A stretch of 64,000 bases of DNA from Chrysomallon squamiferum. Taxonomy: Eukaryota; Animalia; Mollusca. The translations under genes and the position numbers were made by a program. Below the pieces are notes generated by a model, which was not told where the DNA came from, searched no databases, and saw nothing but the letters and a program-made list of their open reading frames with translations. Below are positions 18,049 through 35,747 of the stretch, in pieces (position 1 is the first letter of the stretch; every line of letters begins with the position of its first letter). The stretch is from NCBI GenBank assembly GCA_012295275.1, contig CM022674.1, positions 15,190,001 through 15,254,000 of the forward strand, in the 5' to 3' direction.

Positions 18049-18085
<37 letters not shown>

Positions 18086-18669
18086 TATTATTTCCATTCA
18101 GTTTACTTTTCTTTTTCTAATTTCAAAACACTTTTATCGATTTATTTCGTCCGCTGAAAGCCGATTATTATATTGCGTGAGGCAACTTTATAATCTGACT
18201 TACGTCCCTTTAATTTTCATACCGGTCATCTTCCGTCCATTCGTCAAAACTCGTTAAAAACGTCTGTAAGAAATCTACATGAAATCGATATCACAGTCGC
18301 CCCCAGCAATCTTTTAAATGAGATTTATAAGAAGAGTGGACCTTGTGGACCTTTGAAAAGAAAGTGAAAAGAAAAACAAATTCGTATTTCGTTTATGTGA
18401 CTTCGACTGAAATGATTATTTCGCCTAAGCTTATTTTTAACGGGGTTTGGACGATTTGGTAAGACTTACAATTATGACAAGTTTTCAGGCGCAGTGTTCC
18501 GAAATAAATTAATTTCCGATTTCTATAAGAAATATGTTACTTTTTTCAGGGTTTTTTCAAAGTTAATACAGCTTTGTATTTGATTTTGGTTTAGTATTTA
18601 TTTTTTTTTCGAGAAACCTATTTTGGTTCAGGATAAAGATTTATATTTTACTATGCGTTTGTTCATTAG

Positions 18670-18818
<149 letters not shown>

Positions 18819-19873
18819 ACTCTCTCTCTCTCTCAAGACAGTGAGATCAAGAAAAGAATACATTTAATGATTATAAGATAATAAAGATCATGTATGTATG
18901 TATGTATGTATGATGTATGTATGTATGTATGTATGCATGTATGTATGTATGTATGTATCTATGTATGTATACATCTATGTATGTATGTATGTATACTTTA
19001 ATGTATCTGTGTAATCAATGCATGTCTGTTTGTATTTGTTCAAATGGCTAAAAGATAAAGCTTCAGTGTATAAAGTTATCATCAAACTCAGACACATGCA
19101 GTATTTAACAATCTACGTCATTATTACAAAGGGTGACATAATTAAACAAAGTTTAAGGCTAAGACGTTGAGAATATATTTCCATTACAGCACTAAACAAT
19201 CGTCTGGAATCGTCTGCCCTTTACACAAAGATGGCGCGTTCTTCTGAAGCAATAAACTTTATTAAATTAGTTCGCTGAAAATAGCTCTGAATACACTTTG
19301 ATAAAGAGCATGGCCTACTTGAACGCGAGGGTTTAAAGTCGAGATGAGGCTAATGAATTTACTTCCAACTTGGTTACGACACGTTCATGATTATCTAGTA
19401 AGGTATTCACGATGCTAAATCATGTTAACGTATTATCGCGGAAGACGTTCGTTCGTTCGTCAGAAGTGAAAATCCGGCATTGTACTTCTTGCTCTTAAAA
19501 CGAAAACAAAAAGTCGTTCGGCTCCTTGAATTTATTTATCGTGTTTAGTGGAGCAGTGGGATAAATAACTGGATAAAACTCGATACTGAGTGTTCTGTCA
19601 TTTCTGTACGAAATAGAATTTAAAACAGCTACTTATCCATGTTCTTGAAAGAAATTGCATTTGAAACGTTGTATGGACGATTACAGTTTAGACTAGATTC
19701 AGAAAGTTTAAAAAAGACGCGAGTTATTTATTTATTTAGAAAATAAATACTGAAGCGAGAAATCTGATTAATAACGTATCCAAACTCGCACCCTGGAATT
19801 TGACAGTAATAAATAAATAAATAAATAAATACGTACATACACACATACATACATACATACATACATACATACA

Positions 19874-19904
<31 letters not shown>

Positions 19905-20066
19905 TTATAAATACAAATGTATATGAATTAATAACAGTAACAACCACAACAATAATCATGATGATAATGACGATGATAAAACACAAAAAAAGTAAAAAAA
20001 ATAAATAATTCGTTGTAATATCGCAGTTTCATTATTCAGTTTAAAACCTGGGTTTTAACAAATTAA

Positions 20067-20120
<54 letters not shown>

Positions 20121-20179
20121 TTATATAAATAAGAAGTGAATTTAGACTATGACGGATCATGCATATTATTAGACAAAGT

Positions 20180-20380
20180 AGCCTCTGATAATCCAGTCAT
20201 TTAATACTGGCTGGAACGGGATATAGAATGAAAGGACGCTTAAAATATTCAATCTTCCTGCTGTTTTGAATTATTAAAATGATATAATGTTTTTCTTTAA
20301 AAGGCTTATCAAAAACAATTAACTATTACTACTTCTACTGCTGCTACTACTTTTAACTCTACTACTACTACTAGTATTAC
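20180..20380 (+). repeat. Dispersed repeat copy A (paralogous to 24901-25060), ending in a (TAC)n tract
   Basis: Shared AGCCTYTGATAAWCCAGTCATTTAATACTGGYTGGAACGGGATATA...ACGCTTAAAAT...GCTTAT..AAA.CAATTAACTATTA.TACT. Confidence 0.8.
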
Positions 20381-20781
20381 TAGTGGTATACACAAAAGTA
20401 TACACAAAAGATACCCACTTGCTAGACATCGTATTTACACTTAGTATAAATATTTCTTTATGTTTAATTCATTTCGTGACTAGTAGTAGTAATAGTACTA
20501 CTACTACTAACACAGAAAAGACAAGAACTAATCTTCCTTTCTTTTTCTTTTTCCTTTTTTATTTACTTGTTCGCTAAAATGTATGTGCTGTGAGTATCTT
20601 AACATTACCTTCCTGGTAGTAAACTTGGCATTTGCATTTGGAACAAAAACATCCATTTAAATAAATTTGAAATATATGTAAATGTGGGACTAATTATTGA
20701 TCTTTTCAACGCTAGAGACAACGCAGATTGAGGTACATAACTATATAAACACCATCCTCTTCCTGAAAAACGTAATCCGAA

Positions 20782-20824
<43 letters not shown>

Positions 20825-21535
20825 GCGGCATCTTCGTTGTTGTGTATTTTCAAACTGGAATTGAGTCCCTACATCTTTCGCATGCTTTGAGTAATAAAAA
20901 ACAAAATTACAGAAAAAAAAAAAATTTTCAAATCGATTTTAAGATTACAGATTTTTTTTTTTTTTTTTTTCTGTGCTTATGGAAAATTAACTCTGAAGAA
21001 CGTCTAAATCAGAAGATTATAATTTGGTGAAAGAAAAATAACAGCGAACACGCAATGCACTTAGAAAAACACACAGAGATAAAATAAAAACCAACAGAAA
21101 AAAAGGGAAATGTAATAAACTAACACGATGTAATCTACATCAAAGAGCTTGAAGCAAAATAGAGCAAGTAGACGTGTTTATTTATTTACTTCCTCTCTTA
21201 CATACTTATTTACTTAATAACATGCTTGCTTATTTATTTATTTTATTTTATTTTATTTTATTTTTTTTTATATTTAATTATTTTGTTAACTTCACTTATT
21301 TCTTGATGAGTCAATTTAATTTTTTGTATTCCCGCTTTTATTGTTATTTTAAATATTCATCATATTGTTTTATTGTTTGTACATTATTTCCTAGCTTCAT
21401 CTATGTTTGTATCTATCATTATTGTCATATATGTGTGTTTGTGTGTGTGTGTGTATCCATGCATTACACACACATATAGATACATGCACACTCAATGTAA
21501 TATACATAATTACACATACACAAACTTACGTACGT

Positions 21536-21591
<56 letters not shown>

Positions 21592-22322
21592 TTATATACA
21601 TAAACACATACGTACACACATGCACATATACATATATACCCATAGATAGATAAATAGACAGACAGACAGATAGATAGAAATAAAAGCAGACATATGCTGT
21701 TTTATCCACGTCCCCACATACCCACAGACATACATTATATCCTATTGTTGTCAAGCTCTTTTTCAGTTTAGCCTTTTTGTATAGATTTGTTTATACGCAA
21801 GGTATCGGGAATTCAAAATATTTGCTAAATTTTACAAAAGTCTGTTGTAACTGGAAAACAGAAGTTCTCTTTTGCCTGTATCGCGCCATCGATCTTCATA
21901 AGTCTTCCTCTGTTATTTCAATTTATCATCATCAGCCTTAATTAATGGTTCAGTCTATAACATTAAAGAAAAATAGTTCAGTAAATAAGTCGCTGGTAAG
22001 TAGAAGATTATGAGTATTGGAATTTTCGTTCAAGGATTTATTTATTTTCTTTTCCTTGTCATCTCCGACAAGTGGTTTCTTTTCTCTTGTTGTGATTGCA
22101 AAACATTGATTATCTCTTGAAGAATTCCTTCATTTTGTTTATGATTAAAGGAAACTGTTCGGCCTTAATGTTTTGAAAGAAAAAAGAAGGAGTGAGAGCA
22201 GATATATTGGAGACAGAGAAAGAAGACAAACAGTGAAAGAAATTAATACATGCTGGAGAGAGAGAGAAAGAGAGAGTCAGAGAGAAAGAAAAAGATAGAT
22301 AAACGGATGGAGAGTTAGGTAA

Positions 22323-22353
<31 letters not shown>

Positions 22354-22405
22354 GGTATATAGATCGAAAGAAAGATATATTATATAGATACAGACAGATA
22401 TAGAT

Positions 22406-22459
<54 letters not shown>

Positions 22460-22681
22460 ACACACACACACACACAGACAGAAAGAGACACAGAAATATC
22501 TTGATAATAAGAACAGAGAATGACATATTGATGTAAAAATAAAAGTCTACATCATTACTATTTCTGAAAAAAAAAAAAAAATAAAAAATAAAATAAAATA
22601 AAAGATCCACTGCAGTACAACATGTTATTACTTTCTTTATTTACTAATACTAATAATATAAATAACAAACTCAAATTTCGT

Positions 22682-23722
22682 TTAATGTTCAATGGTAAAA
22701 GGTGCACGTGCTAAGACACCACGCACTATCGTGTAGCCTCGCACTGACGCGTAACGTCCAAACCCGTCACCGATAATGTTACCAAGAGGGAAGCTGCCAT
22801 CTTTGTTTGAACGCAGGAACGAGGCTCCAAAGGGATAACCGAGGCTAAATCGCGTAGGATGCTGGGATTGGTGACCCATTTGTATGTTCACACGAGAAAG
22901 AAAGCCGAGACTATTTCCAAAGGTCATACTGCCCAGTCTACGCGAAGTCCTAGTTTCGAGTAGTAATCTCCCACTCTTTCGTGTGATACCTGTGTTGTAA
23001 CAACCAACAAGTTCGTTATCAGTGCGCAGAATAAAAGTAAACCCAGCTGAAATTAGAAATGAAAGAAGTACAGCAATGTTTTAAAAATGATCATCGTCAT
23101 TATCACTTTGTATTTTTTGTTTGTATATTAAATACAAACATGTATACTAGTTCAGTTATAATAAATGAAAGCCTTCAAGAGAACAATGTGATAAATAAAA
23201 TAATAAAGTCTTGTGTTTTTTTTGTGTTTTTTTTAATTTTGTATTTAATTATATAGGGAAATGTTATCTTTTGTTCAATACTGATACATAAGTAGTTCAA
23301 ATCAATGTACACACGCACATACAGAAATGCACTAGACACATACATACACGCACACGCACATACATCCACACATACAGAAAGCTCGTCTCATGAGCTACTG
23401 ATAGAATAATGAGTCGTTTTCCGCCCATTTATTTAGAAATTCCCCGTTAAATCGATTCCCCAAAACAAGACACGTGCTGTTCTGTCACGGGAAGGGAAAA
23501 CGAAAAATGTTCTGTCTTCTTATATTTTATTACAAGTTTGTTGAGACACACAGACCTAAAATACGTACAAAAATATATATTTATTTTGTAAAAGAAACCT
23601 TAGAAATTACTAACATGATCTTTCAGTTATATATATATATATATAAACGCGCACATACCCGTGCACCGCAACACACACACACACACACACACACACGCGT
23701 ATATTTACTAACCTACCTTCAT
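22682..23722 (-). CDS. Small putative secreted Gly/Arg/Ser/Phe-rich protein (about 123 aa if one missing base is restored); MK micro-exon gene A, frameshifted
   Basis: ATGAAG|GTAGGT at 23722-23717. A tttcag acceptor opens exon 2 at 23046, giving MK-LGLLLFCALITNLLVVTT (signal-like)-QVSHERVGDYYSKLGLR. This frame stops after VDWAV, but the adjacent frame runs RLGSMTFGNSLGFLSR...ARAPFTIEH to TAA at 22682-22684. Exon 2 to that stop is 365 nt, one short of in-frame. Confidence 0.55.
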
Positions 23723-24900
23723 TGTGTGTGTTTCTTTCTCGCAGGTCAGTGAGTATCGTACCTCCTGGCAGCTCTGGGCGTTATGACAACGCAGATCATT
23801 TCGAAACCGTCCAACTATTTCCGATCGTACGAAAGGATAAAATTTTATGCCAAAGTTGAAACAGAAACTCGACAATAAAATGACAAACCAAGCGTCCATT
23901 CAAGAAAACATACGGCTTTAATTTGAAATCATGACATATGGAGACAATTAAAGTGACCAGTGCGGTTATAAAACGGTCATTAAATGGCCGATTTTGGACA
24001 AAACGGGTTATAAATGTGCAGAATACTTAAACTAATGTATAGAATATACTGTACAGTGATGATTGACAACTACCATGGAGTACAGGTTAAAAATGCGTTT
24101 TCTTCAGTGACAAAATTTAATTTGAAAAGGAAGATGATTGCGCTTTAGAATTCTGTAACACAAAGTACGACAGTTAACGATGATGAACGAATACAGAGAA
24201 ACCACTTAACTCTAATTACTGAAAACAAATAAATAAATAAATTTAAAAAAATGAAAATCGTCGATTTTAAATTAAAATAGTAATAAAAAAAAATTCTAAA
24301 AGAAATAAATTACTGAGAATTATTATTAATTTAAAATAAAATAAAATAAAATATATTCGAGTATAAAATTTACCTTTTTGTCACCATGGATCTTGTGACA
24401 TTTGTCGGATCCCAGGACCAATCTTTCATCTTCGTTAACCGTGCTGTTTCCCATTCCAAACAGAGCTCTGATTAGCAAAGACGATGCTTTTGGGATTTTT
24501 ACTTTCTTAAAGAATTTATAATCGAGAACGAGGTCAAATTCCCTTTCCAACTTTTCTCATTTATAAGAGGCCACCGCACATTATTATTTTTCTGACGTTC
24601 ACTTAAACAGACGTCTTGCTGCAAATTCATAAAAGAAACCTCGAAATCAGTGTTGTGGGAATCCCCAAACTGTGTCATCATTAAACCAGAAAGATATATT
24701 TTGCACCTACTAATGGAAAACATTAAAATATGATGTTTAATCGATATTTATTCATTAATGGGGGAAAAAAAAAAAAAAAATAATAATAATAATAATAAAT
24801 GAAAAATGGATCTAGCACATACAAATAATAAAAAAAGAAGTAAAAAACTATAATTATTAATTTAGAGATCTCTGTCAGGAGGCGAATGTTCTCAGACCAC

Positions 24901-25060
24901 AGCCTTTGATAAACCAGTCATTTAATACTGGTTGGAACGGGATATAAAATAAAAAGCACGCTTAAAATGAAATAATGCATTTCTGTAAAAAGCTTATAAA
25001 AAGCAATTAACTATTATTACTACTACTACTGCTGCTACCACTTTTACTTCTATTACTACC
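24901..25060 (+). repeat. Dispersed repeat copy B (paralogous to 20180-20380)
   Basis: Same core as copy A, including the AACCAGT...ACTGGTT inverted repeat, followed by a long (TAC)n tract. Confidence 0.8.
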
Positions 25061-25760
25061 ACTACTACTACTATTACAATTACTACTACTAGTTGTACTA
25101 TTACTACTACTACTACCATTACTTCTACTACTAGTACTACTACTACTACTACTACTACCAAAACTGCTACTACTATAACTATTACTATCACTACCAGCTA
25201 CTACTACTACTACTATTACAACTATGACTACTACTATTACTACCAATACTACTACATCTCTTACTACTATTACCACAAGCACTACAATAACAACAAACAG
25301 AAAAATGTAAACTTACAATTTTCCGTCCAAAGAGTTTCCTAAAATCGTATAAGTCGGAAGTGATCGGCAACGTCCGTTGACGTTCGTCAACAGAAAGTTC
25401 GTAACTGGTCAAGGAATATGTTAATTTAGTTTTGTGTGTCCTTTATACTGGACTTGGGATGGGTTTCTATGGTCATTCAGCGGTCATTTATTAAAATCGT
25501 GACTTGGATTTTATGTTATTATTTTATAAGCTTTGAAAGTGTCAGTTTTAACTCTTTCCTTTTTTTTTTAACCCTGTTGGTAAAAAAGAAAAGAAAAGAA
25601 TAAATAAAAAATAACAGTAACACTAAGTGTTTTAACGTAGAATTAAATTAAAATCGTGACCATATTTATGTTTATATATACAAGTGTATGTTTATATATA
25701 ATTATATATATATACAAACAAACACACGCATACACATACATACAACACACAAATAAACAT

Positions 25761-25872
<112 letters not shown>

Positions 25873-25987
25873 AAAAAAACAGGACTAAAAATGATTTATA
25901 ACGATACACACAGAAATATATACACAAAATGTATCTGTATAGTATAAACATATATATAGATAGATAGATAGATATATAGATAGATAT

Positions 25988-26062
<75 letters not shown>

Positions 26063-26707
26063 CATGAGTATTTTCAGTGAAAACAGAAATAAAAAGTTAC
26101 AACATTTTCCTGAGCTGTTAATCAATGCCTCGCTGAAAATGGCTGTCTTCAACATTTTCAACAATATTTGTTTAATGCTGGTTAATCAATCCTCAATCGT
26201 TAACAGTTTCATCTTCTCTCAGTTTTTTCAAAAGTAGCAACATGTAAGTTACCCTTAGTTGTTTCTTATCACACGGCTGATTTCTGGTGTGGTATTATTA
26301 CAAAACAGAACAACTTTTCAAAAGCGATTTTCAAATACGTAAAATAAGACAAACTTTCAAATCTTATAGAATTATTAAATATTACAACACATCTACAACA
26401 TATTAAAACCATTATCACTAGATTATCTTCGCACTGAACTACAATTAGCAAAAATCTTATTCAGTTAAATACAGTATTTAATTCTCACTTAAGCAATAAT
26501 TTTTTGTGAAATTCCAATATCGAGCAAATGTGTCCACTTTTTTTTATTAACTTTACTACTTTTGAACCAAACCTTGGACTTTAGCTCGCTGAGTTCTCGA
26601 TTAAAAATTCAAATATCACGCAGTAAATATTTAAGTAGCTTCGTTTTATTGTTTCAGGTGGACATCTTCTCAATCTGGTATGCATGAGCAGTATGAAAAT
26701 TTAAATA

Positions 26708-26776
26708 CACCTGCACATCATTTGCATGTCCAGCTCACTATATATATCACACTTGACACAGACTTTAGTATTCAGT
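26708..26776 (+). promoter_or_regulatory. Core promoter of the Gly/His/Asn-rich gene B
   Basis: E-box CACCTG (26708), octamer ATTTGCAT (26720-26727), TATATATAT (26739-26747) and Inr-like TCAGT (26772-26776) about 30 nt downstream of the TATA, ahead of the ATG at 26795. Confidence 0.6.
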
Positions 26777-26794
26777 GAATTACAATCTTCAACC

Positions 26795-29628
<2,834 letters not shown>

Positions 29629-30141
29629 AAATTAGCTCATCAGGCTGAGTCTCTACATGACGGGATTTTGTACTTTTTCAATTACTAAGATGGTTTTTCT
29701 AATACATTTTTCAATTTACAAGATTGCTTTCGTTGTTGTTTGTCATATTTACTTTATTTCTCGTTCGTTATTCTGTCTTTCTTTTACTTTCATTCATTTT
29801 TCACTTTCTGTCTGATATTAGATTTATAGACAGAATAATTTTATCTTTATCTGATTTACGTGTTTTTTTGTGTGTTTTTTTACTGTTTGTTTGTTTGGTG
29901 TTTATGTGTTTATTTCTTTATTTCTTGTTTATTCCTGAAAATTCATAGTTTGAAAAACCAAGAAGGAACAATGAAAAAAAAATATAGTAATAAAAAACAA
30001 AAACAATAACAGAACAAAACGAAGAATAAAATTAAAGATACAAATGAAAGAAGTTATTAAATAAATTAATAAAATGTAAATAAAGAAAAAAGAATGACAG
30101 AAAGAAGGAAATATATTAAAAAAGAGGTGGAAAAAGTAAGT

Positions 30142-30173
<32 letters not shown>

Positions 30174-30817
30174 GAAAAAGAACAAAGAACAAAATATATA
30201 TATTTTTTTTTATTAACTGAAAAAAAAAAATCAAACAAAAAACAATAAAACAAAGCAAATCAAGAAAGACAGAAGGGAAAAAAAATCAAGGAAACAGCAA
30301 TGAAAGCAAGAGAGAAAATTTAACGACAAAAGAAAAATAGGACCAGACGAAACAAGAAAAATGCTCTGCATATTTAAACGATGATAAAGACATTAATAAA
30401 CTCAGAAGACCTTATAATAGATCGCAGTGAATCTCACCAGACTTTTGTAAAAAATTTATTACGCTTTTACGCTAACGAAACAAAGACACAGTTTCATACG
30501 GTGCATGACACAGCAACATTCTAGCATAATGATAACGATGAGTAATTACAGACGCAATAAAACAACACACGGAAATACTGAGCAATTCACATTTGCCATA
30601 ATTCCTGCTGATGCTTAAACTGCAATTACTTCTTTATGTGAATTTATTGCAAAATTTATGACTGTTTTATTATTTCGTATTCTAAAGAAAGAAAACCGAT
30701 TTGTTTTTCATCTGTAGGAATAAAACTGATTTAAAAGAGAAATAAAAGGTTTGTATCCTTATCACGAAAGCTAAAGCATATTGATCGTCTTCTGTTGTGA
30801 GTTTGAAAGGCGTGAGG

Positions 30818-31090
30818 CATTTGTTTAAAAATTTTACTAAAAATAAATAATTAATTTTGCGTTATCAGCTGCTGCATGCCAAACATTTGTTTAAAATCAT
30901 CACAAAAACGATTAATTGATTGTCTATCGTTAGCTATTGAATATCAAACATTTGTTTAAAAACATCACTAAAACAATTAACTGATTGTCTATTGTTAGCT
31001 ATTGAATATCAAACATTTGTTTAAAAACATCACTAAAACAATTAATTGATTGTCTATTCGTTAGCTATTAAATATCAAACATTTGGTTAA
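30818..31090. repeat. About 65-bp minisatellite (about 4 copies, degenerate copies continuing to about 31400)
   Basis: AAACATTTGTTTAAAAACATCACTAAAACAATTAATTGATTGTCTATTGTTAGCTATTGAATATC units start at 30881, 30946 and 31011; a partial unit starts at 31077. Confidence 0.9.
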
Positions 31091-31900
31091 TGAAAATTGG
31101 TACTGGATGTCAAATATATATTCAACCAAATCACAGGAGTATATTTATTAATTTTCTATGGTCACCTATTAGATGTTAAATATTTAATAACGTCATTAGA
31201 ATACGTCTATAGTCATTACACTTTCTGTAATTCAAATAAACATTAATTTAACGAAATCACTCAAACATATTTATTAAATTTTCTGTCATGACCCACTGCA
31301 TGTCAAAAACGTGTTTGATCACATCACTAGAGTATTCTTATATAATACTGTTCTACCTTAAGTACCGAAAGGTAAGATTAAATTAAACCACTAGAGAATA
31401 TTAATTAATTCCACCACTGTGAACCTTGTGAAATATTAAATAGTTACAACTCAGCTTTCAGGTGAAAACTAATTTTCTCACTACCAGCAATTTATATGTC
31501 TTTGACATTTAATTTTACTGTATACAATAGCTAGTATAAGATAATTTCATACTAAAATAATTGTGGGGAGGCTGGAACTATTAAACAAATAAAAGAATCA
31601 CAAAACACCAAAACAGACCAATACACCAATACATGACTTTTTCAGACATACGCATTCGAACATGCACTCTCGCACTTTTAAATAATTACAGACAGTCACA
31701 ATCCTTTTTAATTAATTTGTCTGAACTGATATGTAGGTTTGCGTGTGTGAATGACATAATGCTGATCTGTTGCGGTTTTTTCTTTCGTAATTTTTTTTTT
31801 TAATTATTGTCTCAGACTGCTGATTAATAATTTAAAAGTGTTAATTATGCTTAATGTCATTCAGAAAAAAAAAAAATATTGTTCAGTTTGTTCTTGAAAA

Positions 31901-31979
<79 letters not shown>

Positions 31980-32812
31980 TTCATAGTTTTATCAGATCGG
32001 CGGTCAAAGGTCATCATTGTGACGTCAAAATACATTTACGTCATTATTAAACAAAGTTCATGCAGGTGCAAATTCATATATTTTAATAACTTGAGGACTT
32101 GCATGTATTTTATATTTATCTGACAATGGGATTCAATATAGAGGTGTGTTGTTTTTGTTTTTGTTGTTATTGTTTTTTTAACTTATTTATTTATTTTATC
32201 ATTTATTTCTGTTTACACAGATTACAGAGCGAAGTGAAGTCGGCATTCTGTGTTAGAAACAATGAAATGACGCAACGTTATTATTAGATGTAAACAAAAA
32301 TAGGATATGTCGCCAGCTGTTTTTTTTTTTTTTCTTAATAATGATTAACAACGATTTGATTCAGGTATTTATTTATACATTTATTTATTTATTTATTTGT
32401 TTGTTTGTTTGTTTGTTTGATTAATTATTTATAACTAAATTTTTCGTTTTAATTTTAATTTCAAAATGACAGATATAACTTCAGAATTGTTTTGAAGTTA
32501 ATTTTACCATTTTTTTTAACATTGTATGTTTGCGGATATGTTAGTGTCTATATTAAATATATTTTACAGGAAGGTATTGTACACATGTGTGTATTATGCT
32601 TAAATATGCGTGAGTTTGTGTGTGTATTTATGTTTGTTGATGCATGTCTTTAATCTTGTGAATCTATTTGTGCTTTTGTCTAGAAATATATGTAACCATT
32701 AGTCCAAAAAACAACAACTAAAACGTCAGTAACTGTTTTTAATCACCAGTTTATTTATTTAGAAAAAGACATTTAAAAAAAACTGACTCTATTTATAAGG
32801 TCCAGTGAGACA

Positions 32813-33864
32813 CTAGTGGTAAGGGTAGTAAGCTTGGTAGTGAGCTGGGTAGTAGTAGCGGGGATATCTAACGTATGCACCGTCCACGTAGTTGTGTGTC
32901 ACAGCAGCAGGAACAACACTTTGAGCTGCGACGTAGTTGTGGGCAGCGACTGCAGGAACACCGCTGTGGCCTGCGCCGAAGACGTGTCCGTGGCCGGCGT
33001 GGCTGGCGTCATCTCTGAGTGCAGCAGCGTGGTTCCTGTCGGCATGGAGGGCACCACCGCGACGAAGTGCAGCATAGGCACCGTTGTAGTCGTTGTATTT
33101 AGCGGCTGCGTGAGCAGCGTTAGAGCCAGCGTCATCAGCGTGGCCGTTGTCGTGATAACCGAGGTGGTGGGCGTTGTCTCCAGCTCTGTAGTATTTGGCG
33201 TTGTTGTTGTTGTAGTGAGCCTGGCCGTGGGCCTGGGCGTACTTGTCGTTGTGGTTGGCGTTCTGCGAGTGCTTGCCTTGGTAATATCCTTTGTAGTAGC
33301 CGCCGCTGTCACCGTTGCGATGGTGGCCGTTGTTGCCGTAGAGGTCGTCGTACTTCTTCCTGTTGTAGATCAGCTTCTCGTAGTCGTGGCCGCCGTAGCC
33401 GTGTGAGTTGTGGAATTTCTTGATGACGCGGTGATTGGCAGCCTTGTCGTGATAGACGTGTCTAAGGCTGTTGTCGACGTGTTTGTTGGCGAAGTTGTCG
33501 TGGTGAGCGGCATTGGCACCGTGGGCAGCAGCCGCGTTGCTGTAGCTGTGACCGGCGGCTTGCTTTCCGGCGGCAGCGGCTCCTGCGGTATGTCTGAAGC
33601 CGTTCTGGTCGTCGTGTCCGGATCCGAATCGTACGCTTCTGTCGTCGTGGTCGAAGCCGGATTTCCCAGCTTTGCGGACGTCCTGGCCGCTGGCGTGAGC
33701 AGAGTTGGCGACGTGGGCGTCAAATAAACCATTCTGACCGTTAGCGTGTTTCACAGCAGCGCCGAACCCAGCAGCATGGCCCGCCTGACTTCCGTGTCCG
33801 TATCCATTTCCGTATGCGTATGGGACTGCGTGCGCACCATGCGTTCCTGAAAGAACAAAAATAA

Positions 33865-33904
<40 letters not shown>

Positions 33905-35245
33905 GTAATAATTACAATAATTATGATGATGATGATATTAATCTAGTTTTCTGTTTTAATAAACACGGAGAAGTGAAATATAAACGTAGAGAACACTGGG
34001 ACAGGACTGCAGTCAATTATTACCAGAAAGCCGCGTACATATTTATTTTATTTTTATTTATTTTATTATTTTATTATTTCTTCTTCTTTTCTTTTTCTTT
34101 TTATTTTTTTTAATTTTTTTTTATATTTTTTCTTAGTTTTTACTTATTGACTGACTAATTGATTGATTTATATTTTCTCTTTAACTTAAGTTTAAAATTA
34201 CGTACAGTAGCACTGTGAGGTCATACTTATTAATAATGCACCGAATTCCTATCACTTAGTAAACCAAGTTAGGAAAGTGAATGCTCCATAGAATATTGAA
34301 CCAAACATGTTTGTTCATGTTTGTTCACGGTTGTTCATGTTTGTTCGTATTTGCTCATGTTTGTTAAATGTTGTTCAGCTTTATTAATGTTTGCTCAAAT
34401 TTTTCATATTTGTTCATGTTTTTTTGTTTGTTTGTTTGAACTTGTTTGTTGCTGTTTGATTCTATTTGTTCATGTTTCTTCATGTTTGTTCATGTTTACA
34501 AACAAAAGTCTGGCAGGGCCTTACCTCCCACAGCTTTTTTGTAGAGGCCGTTCCTGCTGTAGTAGTCGTCGTATTTTTTCAGGGCGTCGTTGTGAGCGTG
34601 GTCATAACGACGAGCACTTCCGGCAGCGGCGTTGTACTTGGCGTCGTGGACGTGGTCGGCTCCGCCAGCGTTGTGAGCGTGGTTGGCCACGTCGCCGTAC
34701 TGAGCATCATTGAAGTGTTTCTTGTGAGCGTGGTCGACGTAGTCAGCGCCGGCGTTCTGGTGAGCAGCATCGTGAGCATTCTTGTGATCAGCGACGTTGG
34801 CAGCTTTGGCGTTGGCGAAGTCGTTGTGGGCTCCGTACGAGTCGAGGCTCTTAGAATCGGTGTGGTCGTCGAGGTAGTAGTCACCGTCGTTGTGAGCGTG
34901 GTGGCCGTAGTCCTTTTTGAAGCCGTAGTTGACGTGGTCGCCGTATCGGTCTCCCTACAGAACAGTGAACAATGACCTCAAACTTTCGACCTTTCACCTT
35001 TGACCTTTCAAGTCTGCGCTTACGATATTAACAACTAACATCGTGGCTGTTGGATTGACCTTTCGCCTTTAACCTTTTATTTTGATGATGAGTTAAGACA
35101 CAAAGTAACTGATGTAGTTGTTTGTCTCTAAGAAACGTAAATTAACGTCAAAGATACAAGCGAGGATTTAAAAATAGATTTGATTTCACCTCAAAAACTG
35201 GGTAAGTTTTTATTCGCAGCTCCGCTATTATTATTGTTATTACTG

Positions 35246-35295
<50 letters not shown>

Positions 35296-35712
35296 AAATC
35301 ATTTTTTTTAGTTTAATTTACTTTACACAGGCAATGCATTACATACAGTTCATCATAGAGTCAATATTCCGAGTTACGAACATTAAAACTAGTTTAGCTG
35401 AATAGTACATTATAATATGCAGTTTGATAAATACATGTATACACAGAACGTTATATCCATCTTCTCACAGAAGAAAAGTTTTAAATACATTATTAATATT
35501 TTAATAGTAGATTATATTATACCGTGAGAAACCAACAAGTTAGGAACAAACTATTGTTCGGTATTATACACTTAGTATAACAACTGTCAGTACAGTACAG
35601 TATATCAATAATAATATTATTACACTTTAATGTATGTTTAGTTTGTTTCTATGTACGGGTGTTTGTAAGTCGGATGATTTGAAAATTTTCATTTTATTTT
35701 TTTTTTTATTTT

Positions 35713-35747
<35 letters not shown>

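Noticed and set aside
23708-23899. ORF MDAWFVILLSSFCFNFG... as a signal-peptide exon of gene A
   Set aside because: It is in frame with the MK micro-exon but would place two hydrophobic leaders in tandem. The ATGAAG|GT start, which matches genes B and C, is more parsimonious. Not fully excluded.
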